Shown piece by piece: positions 9,479 to 19,730 of a stretch of 64,000 bases of DNA. A model generated the notes under the pieces. It did not search any database. It saw nothing but the letters and a program-made list of their open reading frames with translations, and was not told the origin of the DNA. The position numbers were made by a program, and so were the translations under genes. The DNA comes from an uncultured delta proteobacterium (GTDB lineage: Bacteria; Desulfobacterota; Binatia; Binatales; Binataceae). The stretch's first letter is position 1; each line of letters starts with the position of its first letter. Where the stretch lies: positions 1,280,001 to 1,344,000 of the forward strand of contig CAVRVY010000004.1 of assembly GCA_963724765.1 (NCBI GenBank). Reading direction: 5' to 3'.

Positions 9479-9701
9479 TGCCTCCTCCTGACAGCCGGTC
9501 GAAACCTCGAAGTCTACAAGACATCCTGACACGAAGCCTCAGGCCGTTGGCAACACGCTCATCGGCACCTGACCCAACCAGGTTAGAAAAGCTTCTCGCG
9601 AATCGAGACGGAATTTCCGTCTCTGAGTTCCACCCTCGTCGGCGTATAGCAAACCCCACCCGCCTTCGCAAAGTTTACGCAAACTTCAAAGGATGGCAGT
9701 T

Positions 9702-11645
9702 CTACGATCTCGCCATTGGGAACTGTGACGTTTCGGCGCGGCCGGCAGCGGTGGCGGGCGGCCGTAGCGCGGCGGGATCGAGATTCGGTCCGCGCAGATG
9801 AATCAGCCGGCCGTCGGCGCCGTCGCGCTCCGAGAGCCATCGTGCGACGATCGCCATCGCGTCCAGTTCATCGCGTATCACCGGCCGCGCGCGATAGCCC
9901 TCGTAATTCGCGGCCACGAATTCCGCAACCGCCTGCGCATCACCGGCTTCCGCGACCGCACGGCTCAGCGCGAGCCGCCCGCTCAGCACCACATGCGCGA
10001 GCGTCGAGGCGCCAGCGCCTGCCACGATCACGAGATTGTTCTCGGTGACGACGCGGCTTAGCCGCTCGGCGCGCGCGGCGAGGGTGGTGAGCGAGGTCAG
10101 CTCGCGCTTAAACCGCGCGGCCTCCTCGAAACGCATCGCGCGGGCCGCCTCGTCGCGCGCGCGAGCCAGTTCGCCGAGCAGAGGGCCGCTGCGTCCGCGC
10201 AGGAATTCGACCGCGCGCCGCACTCGCGCGCCGTAAGCGTCTTCGTCGGCGCTCAGGTTGCACGGCATCGCGCAGTGCCCCATCTGGCCGTACATGCACG
10301 GCGAAAAATCCGCGTATGGCGCGAGCTTGCCGACGCAGGTGCGCAATCCCAGGATACGCTCGAGTGCGCGCATCGCGCGGTCTACCCCGCCCCGGCCCGC
10401 GAACGGCCCAAGCTGCATCATGCCGCGGCGCGCCGAAAGCCTGGTCGAGAGCGTCAGCCGCGGAAAGGCGTCCATCAGGTCGAGCCGCAAGAAGTACGCC
10501 TGCGCCATCCCCTTGAGCATCCGGTTGTACGGCGGTTTGAGTTCGCGGATGAGCCGCGCCTCGAGCAGCGCGGCGTCTAGCGCCGACAGCGTCACCCGCG
10601 CATCGATCATATAAACGTGGCTTACAAGATCGGCGGTCTTGGCGTCGATCGTCATGCCGCCGTTGAAATACGAGGCAACCCGCTCGCGCAGACGCCGCGC
10701 CTTGCCGACGTAGAGCAGATCGCCACGCTCGTTGCGCATCAGGTAAACTCCGGGCGCCATCGGCAGAGCCGCGATCGCTTCGGGTGCGACGTGACGCTCG
10801 ATCCTGCGGCCGGCGGCGCCGCGGCTGTGCAGATCGATCAGCCGGTCGACGCGGGTAATACCGCTTTGCGCGGCGATGTCGAGAAAGATCGACAGCAGCT
10901 CGGCCGCCATTCGCGCGTCACCGAGCCCGCGATGGCGGCCCTGGGTCGAAAGCCCGAAATGTTCGGCCAGCGCGTCGAGCCGGCGCCGGCGCAGCGAGGG
11001 CGCGAAGCGGCGCGAGAGCCTGAGCGTGCACAACACCGGGTTCTTGAGCCCCATCCCGAACACCCGGCGGAACTCGAAGTCGAGGAACGCGAAATCGAAC
11101 TGCGCGTTGTGCGCGACCATCACCGCGTCGCCCAGAAAATCGCGAAACGCCGGCAGCACGCGCTCGATTGGCGGCGCGCCGGCCACCATCTCATTGGTGA
11201 TCGACGTAAGCCGCGTGACGAAGGGCGAGATCGGACCGCGCGGGCGCACCAGAGTCGCGAACGATTCCGTCATCCGCGGACCTTCCATCCGGTACGCGCC
11301 GATTTCGGTAATCGCGCCGGGGCCGGGGCGCCCGCCGGTGGTTTCGAGATCGACCACCACGTAGCGGCCCCGTTCCAGCGGCACCTTCAGCGCCTCGCTC
11401 GCGCGCAAGGCCCACATCCCGCTCGCGCCGTCGAACACGAAATTCGGATCGCCGGCGAGCAGGCGGTGAACGATACGCGGGCCGAGTTCGGGGTCGGAAC
11501 CTGCGCCCTGAAAGAGCAGGCCAACCAATTCGTCGGTGTGCGCGCCGGCTATCTGGCGCTCGAGATAAGCGTAAAGCTTCTCGCGCGCGGTTGCGCCTGA
11601 ATAACGATGCTCGAGGTCGAAAGCTGCCACAGCCCCATCCACCAC
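9702..11645 (-). CDS. DEDDh (DnaQ-like) exonuclease fused to UvrC/Cho-type GIY-YIG nuclease and UVR domain
   Basis: VVVDLETTG, AHNAQFD, HRGLGDA; PGVYLM..LYVGKA..LRERV; P.YN; Cys cluster; FEEAA motif. Confidence 0.88.
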   Translation of the reverse strand: MVDGAVAAFDLEHRYSGATAREKLYAYLERQIAGAHTDELVGLLFQGAGSDPELGPRIVHRLLAGDPNFVFDGASGMWALRASEALKVPLERGRYVVVDLETTGGRPGPGAITEIGAYRMEGPRMTESFATLVRPRGPISPFVTRLTSITNEMVAGAPPIERVLPAFRDFLGDAVMVAHNAQFDFAFLDFEFRRVFGMGLKNPVLCTLRLSRRFAPSLRRRRLDALAEHFGLSTQGRHRGLGDARMAAELLSIFLDIAAQSGITRVDRLIDLHSRGAAGRRIERHVAPEAIAALPMAPGVYLMRNERGDLLYVGKARRLRERVASYFNGGMTIDAKTADLVSHVYMIDARVTLSALDAALLEARLIRELKPPYNRMLKGMAQAYFLRLDLMDAFPRLTLSTRLSARRGMMQLGPFAGRGGVDRAMRALERILGLRTCVGKLAPYADFSPCMYGQMGHCAMPCNLSADEDAYGARVRRAVEFLRGRSGPLLGELARARDEAARAMRFEEAARFKRELTSLTTLAARAERLSRVVTENNLVIVAGAGASTLAHVVLSGRLALSRAVAEAGDAQAVAEFVAANYEGYRARPVIRDELDAMAIVARWLSERDGADGRLIHLRGPNLDPAALRPPATAAGRAETSQFPMARS

Positions 11646-11766
11646 ACTTCGCGTTATGTTCGCTTTAGCAGACCGCGCGGCGAATGCCTATCCCTGATGC
11701 AGACCCGCTTTGCCGGGCCGCGTCGGGAACGGATACGTTTAACGGACGGCGGGTGAGAAAATTTCG

Positions 11767-12777
11767 ATGCTGACTCGACGCAAGATGTGGAAGGTGACGT
11801 GGATGGTGGTGGCGGGCGCCGCGATAGCATTGATGGCGCTCGTGGCGAGCCGGTTGATTTCGGAGGCGGGTCCGTACCAGGACGCCCCGCCGCCCAGCGG
11901 CCAACTGCATCCGGAGCTGTGGCCAGGCCGCACACTTACCATCGCGGACCTCGGCCATTCGACGCTGCTGATGAACTGGTACGGCCTGCGCGTGCTGAGC
12001 GACCCGACGTTGTTCAATCGCGTCGGACTTTCGTTAGGCTCGCTGCTGACTATCGGACCGCGCCGGCATAGCGCGCCGCCGCTTGCGCCGGCGCAGTTGC
12101 AAAACCTCGACGTCATTCTGATAACCCACGCACACATGGACCATCTCGACCTTCCCTCGCTGCGCGCCCTGCCCAAGAGCGCGGTGGTGATCGCGTGCGG
12201 CGGATGCGCCCGGCTGATTCGTCCGTTGGGCTTCACCGACGTGCGCGAGCTTCGATGGGGCGAGCACACGGAAGTAAAAGGACTCAGCGTGACGGCGATG
12301 GGCGCGAAGCATTGGGGCGTGCGATGGCCGCCGATGGGCCGCGCGTATGGCTACAACAGCTACCTGCTGGAGCGCGGCGGTACGCGGATGCTGCTCGCGT
12401 GCGACAGCGCCTATACGCCGCTGTTCGGGACGCTCGCGTCCGACCCGCCCGACGTCGCGGCCTTCTCTATCGCGGCCTACGATCCATGGATTCGCAATCA
12501 TGCCGATCCCGAACAGGTCTGGGCGATGTTTCAGCAAAGCGGTGCACGCTACCTGGTGCCGATTCACTGGGGGACCTTCCGGCTGTCCAGGGAGCCAATG
12601 GACGAACCGATGCGCCGGCTGCTGGCGGCGGCCGGCCCCGAGGCCGATCGCATCGCGATACGGCAGATCGGAGTTGCCTGGAGCTTGCCGGCGACGGCGC
12701 GGCGAAATGGCGGTCAGGCCGCCAGTCGAGGCCACGCACGAGATGACGTCGGCGTTCGGCTAAAGGCGTCAAAATGA
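11767..12777 (+). CDS. Membrane-anchored MBL-fold metallohydrolase (RomA/NAPE-PLD-like)
   Basis: GHSTLL, THAHMDHLD, PIHWGTF; N-terminal hydrophobic helix. Confidence 0.85.
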   Translation: MLTRRKMWKVTWMVVAGAAIALMALVASRLISEAGPYQDAPPPSGQLHPELWPGRTLTIADLGHSTLLMNWYGLRVLSDPTLFNRVGLSLGSLLTIGPRRHSAPPLAPAQLQNLDVILITHAHMDHLDLPSLRALPKSAVVIACGGCARLIRPLGFTDVRELRWGEHTEVKGLSVTAMGAKHWGVRWPPMGRAYGYNSYLLERGGTRMLLACDSAYTPLFGTLASDPPDVAAFSIAAYDPWIRNHADPEQVWAMFQQSGARYLVPIHWGTFRLSREPMDEPMRRLLAAAGPEADRIAIRQIGVAWSLPATARRNGGQAASRGHARDDVGVRLKASK

Positions 12778-12849
12778 GCTACAATGCTTCAGGAGATGGA
12801 AAGGGCGGCATTACGCTGTCCTCCGCGTATTCCATTGGTGGGGGAAATC

Positions 12850-13752
12850 ATGGCCACGCTGCAAGCGCGAGACAAGCTGCACGGCAGGCGCACGATCAGG
12901 CGTGAGGCGTCATTTTTCAACCAGACTTTTGCGCGGCTTGCGATAGCCGCACTGGTGCTTGGATGCGCGGCACTGGGCGCACGGCCGACGCTCGCACGGG
13001 ACGACGACTGGTCGGTTGTATCGCCCCAGGACCAGTCGCAGCAGGAGCAGTCGAATCAAGTCCAGTCGAATCAGGTCCACGAGAGCCATCGATCCACGAC
13101 CAAGCCCGCCGAAGCTGACCCCAACGCAGCCCAAGCACTGCCGCCGGAGCTGCAGCCTGGAGCCGATGGTGCGCAAATGATCTGCGGTGAGATGGCGCGG
13201 CCGGCAACGGAGCCGTACAAGAGCATCGTCGCCAACATCGATCGCGCTTGGGGGGCCAGCGCCACGGTCTACGAATCGGTGCGCGCCGGCTCGCCGCACG
13301 TGTCGCGCGGCGGATGCATCTTCTACAACCCAACCTTCATGGACGTTTTCCTGCGCGGCGAGGCCGACGAGCACGGCGAGCCCGACAAGACGTCGATGAT
13401 TTACGCGATCCTGGCGCATGAGCTCGGCCATATCGAGCATCACGACTACGAGCGCACCGATGTCTCCAGCGTCGACAAGGAACTCCAGGCCGATCGCTTC
13501 TCCGGCTACACGCTCGAGCGGCTGAGCATCCCGCGCGACAACATCACCGCCTTCTACAGCATGGGCGGCGACGAGTTCAGCGGCGTCCATGACCACGGCT
13601 TTTCCAACCAGCGTATCGCGGCCTTCAACCAGGGCTGGCAACGCGCCGAGTGGAACGAGCCCGAGGACGGCGGCAAGGCGGCCAGCAACGCCGCGAATAG
13701 CGCAGCCATTGACGACGAGGCCGACGATGCGGGCACCGCGGCGCTGCCGTAG
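12850..13752 (+). CDS. Exported zinc metallopeptidase-like protein (M48-like)
   Basis: Signal-like segment; ILAHELGH followed by ELQADRFSG; start uncertain. Confidence 0.6.
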   Translation: MATLQARDKLHGRRTIRREASFFNQTFARLAIAALVLGCAALGARPTLARDDDWSVVSPQDQSQQEQSNQVQSNQVHESHRSTTKPAEADPNAAQALPPELQPGADGAQMICGEMARPATEPYKSIVANIDRAWGASATVYESVRAGSPHVSRGGCIFYNPTFMDVFLRGEADEHGEPDKTSMIYAILAHELGHIEHHDYERTDVSSVDKELQADRFSGYTLERLSIPRDNITAFYSMGGDEFSGVHDHGFSNQRIAAFNQGWQRAEWNEPEDGGKAASNAANSAAIDDEADDAGTAALP

Positions 13753-13906
13753 CAATGCTGAGGTGAAAGAAAAACTCGAGCGCCTGGATCGCAGCCGACT
13801 CGGGACTGTGGGAAGCTCGACCCAAAGCTAGAACGGGCGATGGCCGAGACGGACCCAACATCTGCGGCGCACCCAAGGGTCACGCGGCACGATTCGCGAT
13901 CGCTCG

Positions 13907-15505
13907 TCACACTTTCTTGCGGCGCTTGGAGAGATAATCGACCAGCATGTATTCGCCGAGATGGTCGGGGCGGGTGTAGAGCGCGCGTCCGCGGTTGATC
14001 AGGGTCATCTTCTCGACGAACGCGCGCAGGCTTGGCGAATCATCCAGCATGAAAGTGTTGATCGTGATGCCCTTGCGGGTGACGCGCTCGACTTCCTTGA
14101 GCGTCTCCTGGGCCGCGCGCATGCTGATGCCGCCGAACGACAAAGGCCACTCGCAATACAGGCGCTTGTTGAGAAAGTAGGCGGTAGGCTGGCCGTCGGT
14201 TATCACGATGATGTGCTGGTTGCGCGAGGGATGCCGCGCGAGCAGATCCGAAGCGAGACGCAGCCCGTCCTGCAGATTGGTGAACGGGTCGCCCATGTTC
14301 CACGAGGCCTCGGGCAGGTCCTTGAGCTTGAGCTCGACCGCGCGGGTGAAGAACCCGACGATCGAAAAAAAATCGCGCGGAAACTTCGAGCGGATCAGCG
14401 TCTCCATCGCCATCGCGACTTTTTTGGCCGCCGCGAACCGCCCCTCCCAGCTCATCGACCACGACATGTCCAGGCACAACACGGTCGACGACGAACTGGC
14501 GTAGTCGCTTTCGTAGACCTCGAAGTCGCCAGGCTCCAACTTAAGCGGCACGCCGGGGTGCCGCGTCAGTGCGTGCTTGAGCGTGGCGACCAGGTTAAGG
14601 TTGAGCGGATCGCCGAAGCTATAGCTCTTGGTCTCGTCGGGGCGGATCTCGGTTATGCCGCGATGGTCGGTCGCGTGCGACCCGCCGCGGTCCTTGAGCA
14701 GGCCCTGGTAGATGTCGCGCAGCGCGAGCTGGCCGATACGCCGCACGCCCTTGGGCGAGAGCGCCATGTGCTCGCCCTTTTGCACCATGTAGCCGCCCTC
14801 TTCCAGCAGCAGCATCACCTGGCGCAGGTTCTGGAAATCCTGCTCGGCCTGCTGGCCCAGCATCTCGCGCAGATCATCCATCGAGATTTTGTCGAAGTTG
14901 CCCGACATCAGATCCTGCTCGAGCTGCTTCATGCGATCCATCTCGCGCATCAGCTCGAGCGCCTGCTGGTAGTCCAGGCTCTTGGGCCCGTGGAACAGGT
15001 GCTGGTTGCGCTCGCGGAAGTTTTCGAGGTCGCGGATGTTCTCGTACTCCTTGAGCAGCGCCTCGAAATCGGCGCGCGCCTGGGCGTCCTCGAACTCGTG
15101 GCTCTCGAGTTTGCGAATCGCTTCCGAGAGCCGCCGCGGCATCCGCTTAAGCTCGCGCAGCTTCTCGTCGAGTTTGGCGCTCGGATGCTCGGCGCTTAAC
15201 CGCTCCAACGTGCCGCGCTCGCGATCGACGATGTCCTGGAGCCGCTGCTCCATCTCGCCGAGCGCGTCCTTGAGATTGAACTCGCGGTAGCGCTGGCGCA
15301 TCTCCTGGCGCAATTGCTCGAGAAACTCCTCCAGGCCCGCCACCCGCGAGCCGTCGAAGTCCATCCCCTGGCGCGTCATCCAGTCCATCGCCTGGCGTAC
15401 GTCGTCGGTATAGGAGAGGAACTCGGCCAGCTTCTCGAACACCTTGTCGGCGTCGAGCTTGAGCTTCTGACTGCCGTCCCACGCGGTGTAGCGGATTTCG
15501 ATCAT
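13907..15505 (-). CDS. VWA-domain protein with long N-terminal coiled coil
   Basis: MIDAS motif LDMSWSM, TNLQDGL, VITDGQPT. Confidence 0.88.
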   Translation of the reverse strand: MIEIRYTAWDGSQKLKLDADKVFEKLAEFLSYTDDVRQAMDWMTRQGMDFDGSRVAGLEEFLEQLRQEMRQRYREFNLKDALGEMEQRLQDIVDRERGTLERLSAEHPSAKLDEKLRELKRMPRRLSEAIRKLESHEFEDAQARADFEALLKEYENIRDLENFRERNQHLFHGPKSLDYQQALELMREMDRMKQLEQDLMSGNFDKISMDDLREMLGQQAEQDFQNLRQVMLLLEEGGYMVQKGEHMALSPKGVRRIGQLALRDIYQGLLKDRGGSHATDHRGITEIRPDETKSYSFGDPLNLNLVATLKHALTRHPGVPLKLEPGDFEVYESDYASSSSTVLCLDMSWSMSWEGRFAAAKKVAMAMETLIRSKFPRDFFSIVGFFTRAVELKLKDLPEASWNMGDPFTNLQDGLRLASDLLARHPSRNQHIIVITDGQPTAYFLNKRLYCEWPLSFGGISMRAAQETLKEVERVTRKGITINTFMLDDSPSLRAFVEKMTLINRGRALYTRPDHLGEYMLVDYLSKRRKKV

Positions 15506-15532
15506 CGGCGTCGCCCGCGCTTGGCCCCGACC

Positions 15533-16942
15533 TCAGGCGTGATAGGCGAAGCGCCCACCCTGGCGCTCCTTGTTGAGCTTCTGATGAAGGTGCAGGCCCT
15601 CGAACACCAGCTCGCTCGCCGCCGCCATCAGGCCCGGGGTCTCGAACGAGCCGAGCTGTTCGACCGCCTCGCGCAGGCCCGGCACCTCGCGCAGCGCGTC
15701 GAGGTATTCGGAGGCGGGCGCGTCGTCGGAGACCTCGACTCCCCATCCGCCCTCGAAGTAGGCGGACACGCGGCGCAGGTCCTCAATTTTGAAATAGCGA
15801 TCGAAGACCTTGAGCACGGCGCGGTTGATGAGGCGTTCGATGAGGTCCTCCTCCTTCTTGTCCTCGCCCACGTACTCAAGCTCGATTTTGCCGGCGGTCG
15901 AGGCGTAGAGCGAAGGCAGATCGGAAAGGCGCGGCACGATCTCATTGTCGCCCAGGCGCACGGCGCGCTTCTCGGCGTTGGAGACCACGGATTCAAAGTT
16001 ATTAATCGAGACCCGCACCGAGACCCCCGAACTCTGGTTGATCTCGTTGGAGGCGCGCGCCTCGAAGGTTAGCTGCGCGACCACCTCCTTGATGAAGGGC
16101 GGGACCCGCAGCGCCATCCCGGCGCTCGGCGGGTAGGCGGACTCCTGGTCCATGATCGCGATTTCGTCTTCGATCGTACGCGGATAGTGCGTGCGAATCT
16201 GAATGTCGAAGCGGTCCTTGAGCGGCGTGATGATTCGGCCGCGCGAGGTGTAGTCCTCGGGATTGGCGCTGGCCACAAACACCAGGTCAAGCGGCAGGCG
16301 CACCCGGTAACCCTTTATCTGGACGTCCTTCTCCTCCATCAGGTTGAACAGGCCCACCTGGACCTTCTCGGTCAGGTCGGGCAGCTCGTTGATGGCGAAG
16401 ATGCCGCGGTTGGTGCGCGGAATGAGGCCGTAGTGGATGGTCTCTTCGTCGGCGAGGTAGCGCCCCTCGGCGACTTTGATCGGATCGATCTCGCCGATCA
16501 GATCGGCCACCGAGACATCGGGGGTCGCCAGCTTCTCGGCGTAACGCCGCTCGCGTCCGATCCATTCGATCTCCAGCTCTTCGCCGAACTCGGCCGCCCG
16601 CCGCCGGCAGGCGCCGCACAGTGGCCGATAAGGATCGTCGTTGATCTCGCAGCCCTTGACCGCCGCCACGCGCTCGTCGAGCAAGTCGGCGAGCAATCGA
16701 ATGAGCCGCGACTTGGCCTGCCCGCGCTCGCCAAGAAAGATCATGTGATGACCCGCGAGCACGCCGTTTTCGATCTCGGGCAGCACGCTCTGGTCGTAGC
16801 CGATGATGCCGGGCAGGATGCGCTCGCGCGCGCGCAGACGTTCGAGCAGATTGCGGCGCATCTCGAGCCTGACCGGTAATACTTCGACGCCCGCCGCGCG
16901 CAATTCGCCCAGCGTGCGAATCTTGAGCAAGTCTTGCTTCAT
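15533..16942 (-). CDS. Mg-chelatase ChlI-like AAA+ ATPase
   Basis: Variant Walker A GERGQAKS; INELPDL; ASANPEDYT.RGRIITPLKDRF. Confidence 0.88.
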   Translation of the reverse strand: MKQDLLKIRTLGELRAAGVEVLPVRLEMRRNLLERLRARERILPGIIGYDQSVLPEIENGVLAGHHMIFLGERGQAKSRLIRLLADLLDERVAAVKGCEINDDPYRPLCGACRRRAAEFGEELEIEWIGRERRYAEKLATPDVSVADLIGEIDPIKVAEGRYLADEETIHYGLIPRTNRGIFAINELPDLTEKVQVGLFNLMEEKDVQIKGYRVRLPLDLVFVASANPEDYTSRGRIITPLKDRFDIQIRTHYPRTIEDEIAIMDQESAYPPSAGMALRVPPFIKEVVAQLTFEARASNEINQSSGVSVRVSINNFESVVSNAEKRAVRLGDNEIVPRLSDLPSLYASTAGKIELEYVGEDKKEEDLIERLINRAVLKVFDRYFKIEDLRRVSAYFEGGWGVEVSDDAPASEYLDALREVPGLREAVEQLGSFETPGLMAAASELVFEGLHLHQKLNKERQGGRFAYHA

Positions 16943-16975
16943 TTGGAGATCCAGTTGGGAAGTCCCATCCCAAGT

Positions 16976-17551
16976 TTAGGATATGGCAGCGCCGACCGTT
17001 TTGAAAAGCGGCTCGAGCAGGTCGAAGGTCTCCTCGAGATGTTGCGAGATCACACGGGTGGCCGCCAGCACCGGCATGAAGTTGACGTCACCCTCCCAGC
17101 GCGGCACCACGTGCCAGTGCATGTGATCGGCGAAGCCCGCGCCGGCGCTGCGCCCCAGATTGGCGCCCAGGTTAAACCCGTCGCAGTGGTAGGCACGGCG
17201 CAACAGCGCCACCGCCGCGGCCTGCAGCTCGGCGAGCGCGGCGCGCTCGGTGCGCTCGAGCAATTCAGGCGACGCGAGATGGCGCCGCGGCGCGATCATC
17301 AGGTGACCGTTGTTGTACGGGTAGCGGTTGAGCATCACCAGCGCTAGCGGCCCCGCGTAGAGCACCAGGCGGCGGCGGCGCTCACGGGCGTTGGGCTCGC
17401 CAAAGCAGAAGATGCATCCGCGCCCCGGCGTGGCGGCGGCGTGCAGGTAGGACGCGCGCCAGGGCGCCCACAGCCGCGGCGGCGCGCCGCTTAGGGCCTC
17501 AGGCCGAGCGGGCTTACGCCGAGCGCGCCTGGGCGTCCTGCTCCGCGCCAT
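16976..17551 (-). CDS. HIT-family nucleotide hydrolase/phosphorylase
   Basis: LWAPWR, CIFC, NRYPYNNGH, HMHWHVVPRW; likely ATG at 17551 inside the 3' end of ihfB. Confidence 0.85.
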   Translation of the reverse strand: MARSRTPRRARRKPARPEALSGAPPRLWAPWRASYLHAAATPGRGCIFCFGEPNARERRRRLVLYAGPLALVMLNRYPYNNGHLMIAPRRHLASPELLERTERAALAELQAAAVALLRRAYHCDGFNLGANLGRSAGAGFADHMHWHVVPRWEGDVNFMPVLAATRVISQHLEETFDLLEPLFKTVGAAIS

Positions 17552-17822
17552 TGAGGCCCGCGCGCAGCTCCTTGCCGGTCCGAAAGAAAGGTACCCGCTT
17601 GGCTTCCACGTCGACCATATCGCCGGTGCGCGGGTTGCGTCCCTGGCGCGCACGGCGCTGCTTGACCCCGAAGCTGCCGAAGCCGCGAATCTCAATACGC
17701 CCGCCATGGGCCAGCACGCTGGCCATCTCTTCGAACATCGCGTTGACGATGGTCTCGGACTGGCGATGCGAGAATTTCTGATGCCTTGCCAGCAATTCCT
17801 CGATGATGCCGCGTTTGGTCAC
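17514..17822 (-). CDS. ihfB: Integration host factor beta subunit
   Basis: RIEIRGFGSF, GRNPRTG, PFFRTGKELR; follows rpsA. Confidence 0.9.
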   Translation of the reverse strand: MTKRGIIEELLARHQKFSHRQSETIVNAMFEEMASVLAHGGRIEIRGFGSFGVKQRRARQGRNPRTGDMVDVEAKRVPFFRTGKELRAGLNGAEQDAQARSA

Positions 17823-17915
17823 TGGACCACCTGTACCCCTGCCGCGCCCGTGCCGCTCGCTTTTGCCGCGCCTGGCGGAAGTGTCGGGCGCGCTGCGCGC
17901 TAACGGTCGCGTCGT

Positions 17916-19661
17916 TTACCGGTCACGTCGCTGGCCGCGCGGAGCGGTGCGCCCGCTCTCGTCGCGATCGAGCCGGAGTTCCTCGTTGAGGATGTCTTCC
18001 ATCGAAAAGCGCGCCGCTTCATGCTCGCGCTTGAGATAGGCCTGCATCTCCTCGCGCTCCTCGTGCTGCTTGACGGCCTTGACCGAGAGTCCGATCCGGC
18101 GCTCGCGGCTGTCGACCTGCACCACGATCGCTTCGATCTCGTCGTCGACCTTATACAGCGAGGAAGGCTTGTCGACCCGCTCGTTGCTGAGCTGCGAGAT
18201 GTGGATCAAGCCCTCGATTCCCTCCTCCAGCTCGACGAACACTCCGAAATCAGCCACCGAGCTCACCTTGCCGCGCACCCGCGTGTTGAGCGGATAGCGC
18301 TGCGCCACGCTCGACCACGGGTCGGGCGTAAGCTGCTTGACGCCGAGGCTCACGCGCTCGTTCTCGACGTCGATGCCGAGCACGGTGGCCTCGACCTCGT
18401 CGCCCTTCTTATAAACTTCCGAGGGATGGCGCACCTTCTTGGTCCACGAGAGGTCCGAGATATGCACCAGGCCGTCGATCCCCGGTTCGATCTCGATAAA
18501 CACGCCGAAGTCGGTAATCGACTTGACCTTGCCTTTGACCATGCTGCCGACCGGATGCTTCTGCGCCAGCTCTTCCCACGGATTGGGTTCGGTCTGCTTG
18601 AGCCCGAGCGAGATGCGCCGGTTGGCCTCGTCGACGCCCAGCACCTGGACCTCGACCATGTCGCCCTGATTGACGACCTTGGACGGATGCACCGCGCGCT
18701 TGCTCCAGCTCATCTCGGAGACGTGGATCAGCCCCTCGACGCCTTTCTCCAGTTCGACGAAAGCGCCGTAGTCGGTGACGCTGACGACTTTGCCCTTGAA
18801 GCGCGCGCCGACCGGATAATTGTCGGCCGAGCGCGCCCATGGGTCGGGCATGATCTGTTTCATGCCGAGCGACACACGCTCGCGCGAGGGATCGTACTTG
18901 AGCACTACCACCTTGACCTTGTCGCCGACCTTGACCGCCTCGGAAGGATGCTGCAGCCGGCCCCACGACATGTCGGTGATGTGCAGCAGGCCGTCGAGCC
19001 CGCCGAGATCGACGAAGGCGCCGTAGTCGGTGATGTTCTTGACCACGCCTTCGAGGATCACGCCCTCTTCGAGCACCTTGAGCGTCTGCTCCTTGAGCTC
19101 GGTGCGCTCGCGTTCGATCACGGCGCGGCGCGACACCACCACGTTGCCGCGTGCGCGGTTGAACTTGAGCAATTGGAAGCGCCCGCGCTGGCCGACGTAG
19201 CGGTCCAGGTTGCGGGCCGGGCGGATGTCCACGTGCGAGCCGGGCAGGAAAGCCGGCACGCCGATATCGACCTGCAGGCCGCCCTTGACCTTGCCGAGGA
19301 TCACGCCCTCGACCGGCATCTCGTTCTGGAACGCGCGCTCGAGCTCGCGCCAGACCTTGAACTTCTCCGCCTTGGCGTGCGAGAGGGTGACCGTGCCGTT
19401 CTCGGTCTCGGTGCCCTCGAAATAGACGTCAACCTCGTCGCCTTCCCTGACCACAGGGTTGCCCTCGTGGTCGAGGAACTCGGCGAGAGGCACCTGCCCT
19501 TCGCACTTGTAGTTGATGTCGATGATGACGCTGTCGCGCGTGATCAGAAGAACCGTTCCGGAGAGTACATCGCCGGGGCGGGGAGCCCTGAGGCTCTGTT
19601 CCATCAGCGACTCGAAGTCATTATCTCCTCCATGCACCTTGTCAGACAACTCTTTCTCCAT
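17916..19661 (-). CDS. rpsA: 30S ribosomal protein S1
   Basis: Repeated S1 domains (DYGAFV..., DFGVF..., GL.H.S); cmk-rpsA-ihfB order. Confidence 0.98.
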   Translation of the reverse strand: MEKELSDKVHGGDNDFESLMEQSLRAPRPGDVLSGTVLLITRDSVIIDINYKCEGQVPLAEFLDHEGNPVVREGDEVDVYFEGTETENGTVTLSHAKAEKFKVWRELERAFQNEMPVEGVILGKVKGGLQVDIGVPAFLPGSHVDIRPARNLDRYVGQRGRFQLLKFNRARGNVVVSRRAVIERERTELKEQTLKVLEEGVILEGVVKNITDYGAFVDLGGLDGLLHITDMSWGRLQHPSEAVKVGDKVKVVVLKYDPSRERVSLGMKQIMPDPWARSADNYPVGARFKGKVVSVTDYGAFVELEKGVEGLIHVSEMSWSKRAVHPSKVVNQGDMVEVQVLGVDEANRRISLGLKQTEPNPWEELAQKHPVGSMVKGKVKSITDFGVFIEIEPGIDGLVHISDLSWTKKVRHPSEVYKKGDEVEATVLGIDVENERVSLGVKQLTPDPWSSVAQRYPLNTRVRGKVSSVADFGVFVELEEGIEGLIHISQLSNERVDKPSSLYKVDDEIEAIVVQVDSRERRIGLSVKAVKQHEEREEMQAYLKREHEAARFSMEDILNEELRLDRDESGRTAPRGQRRDR

Positions 19662-19730
19662 TTAGTGGGACCTTCCCCGGAATTCGAGGCTACAGCAATG
19701 CATACCGCCCAGCCCTCTGCGTTTCAAGCC

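Noticed and set aside
15533-16942. True Mg-chelatase indicating (bacterio)chlorophyll synthesis
   Set aside because: No bchH/D or photosynthesis genes nearby; motifs fit the generic AAA+/VWA pair
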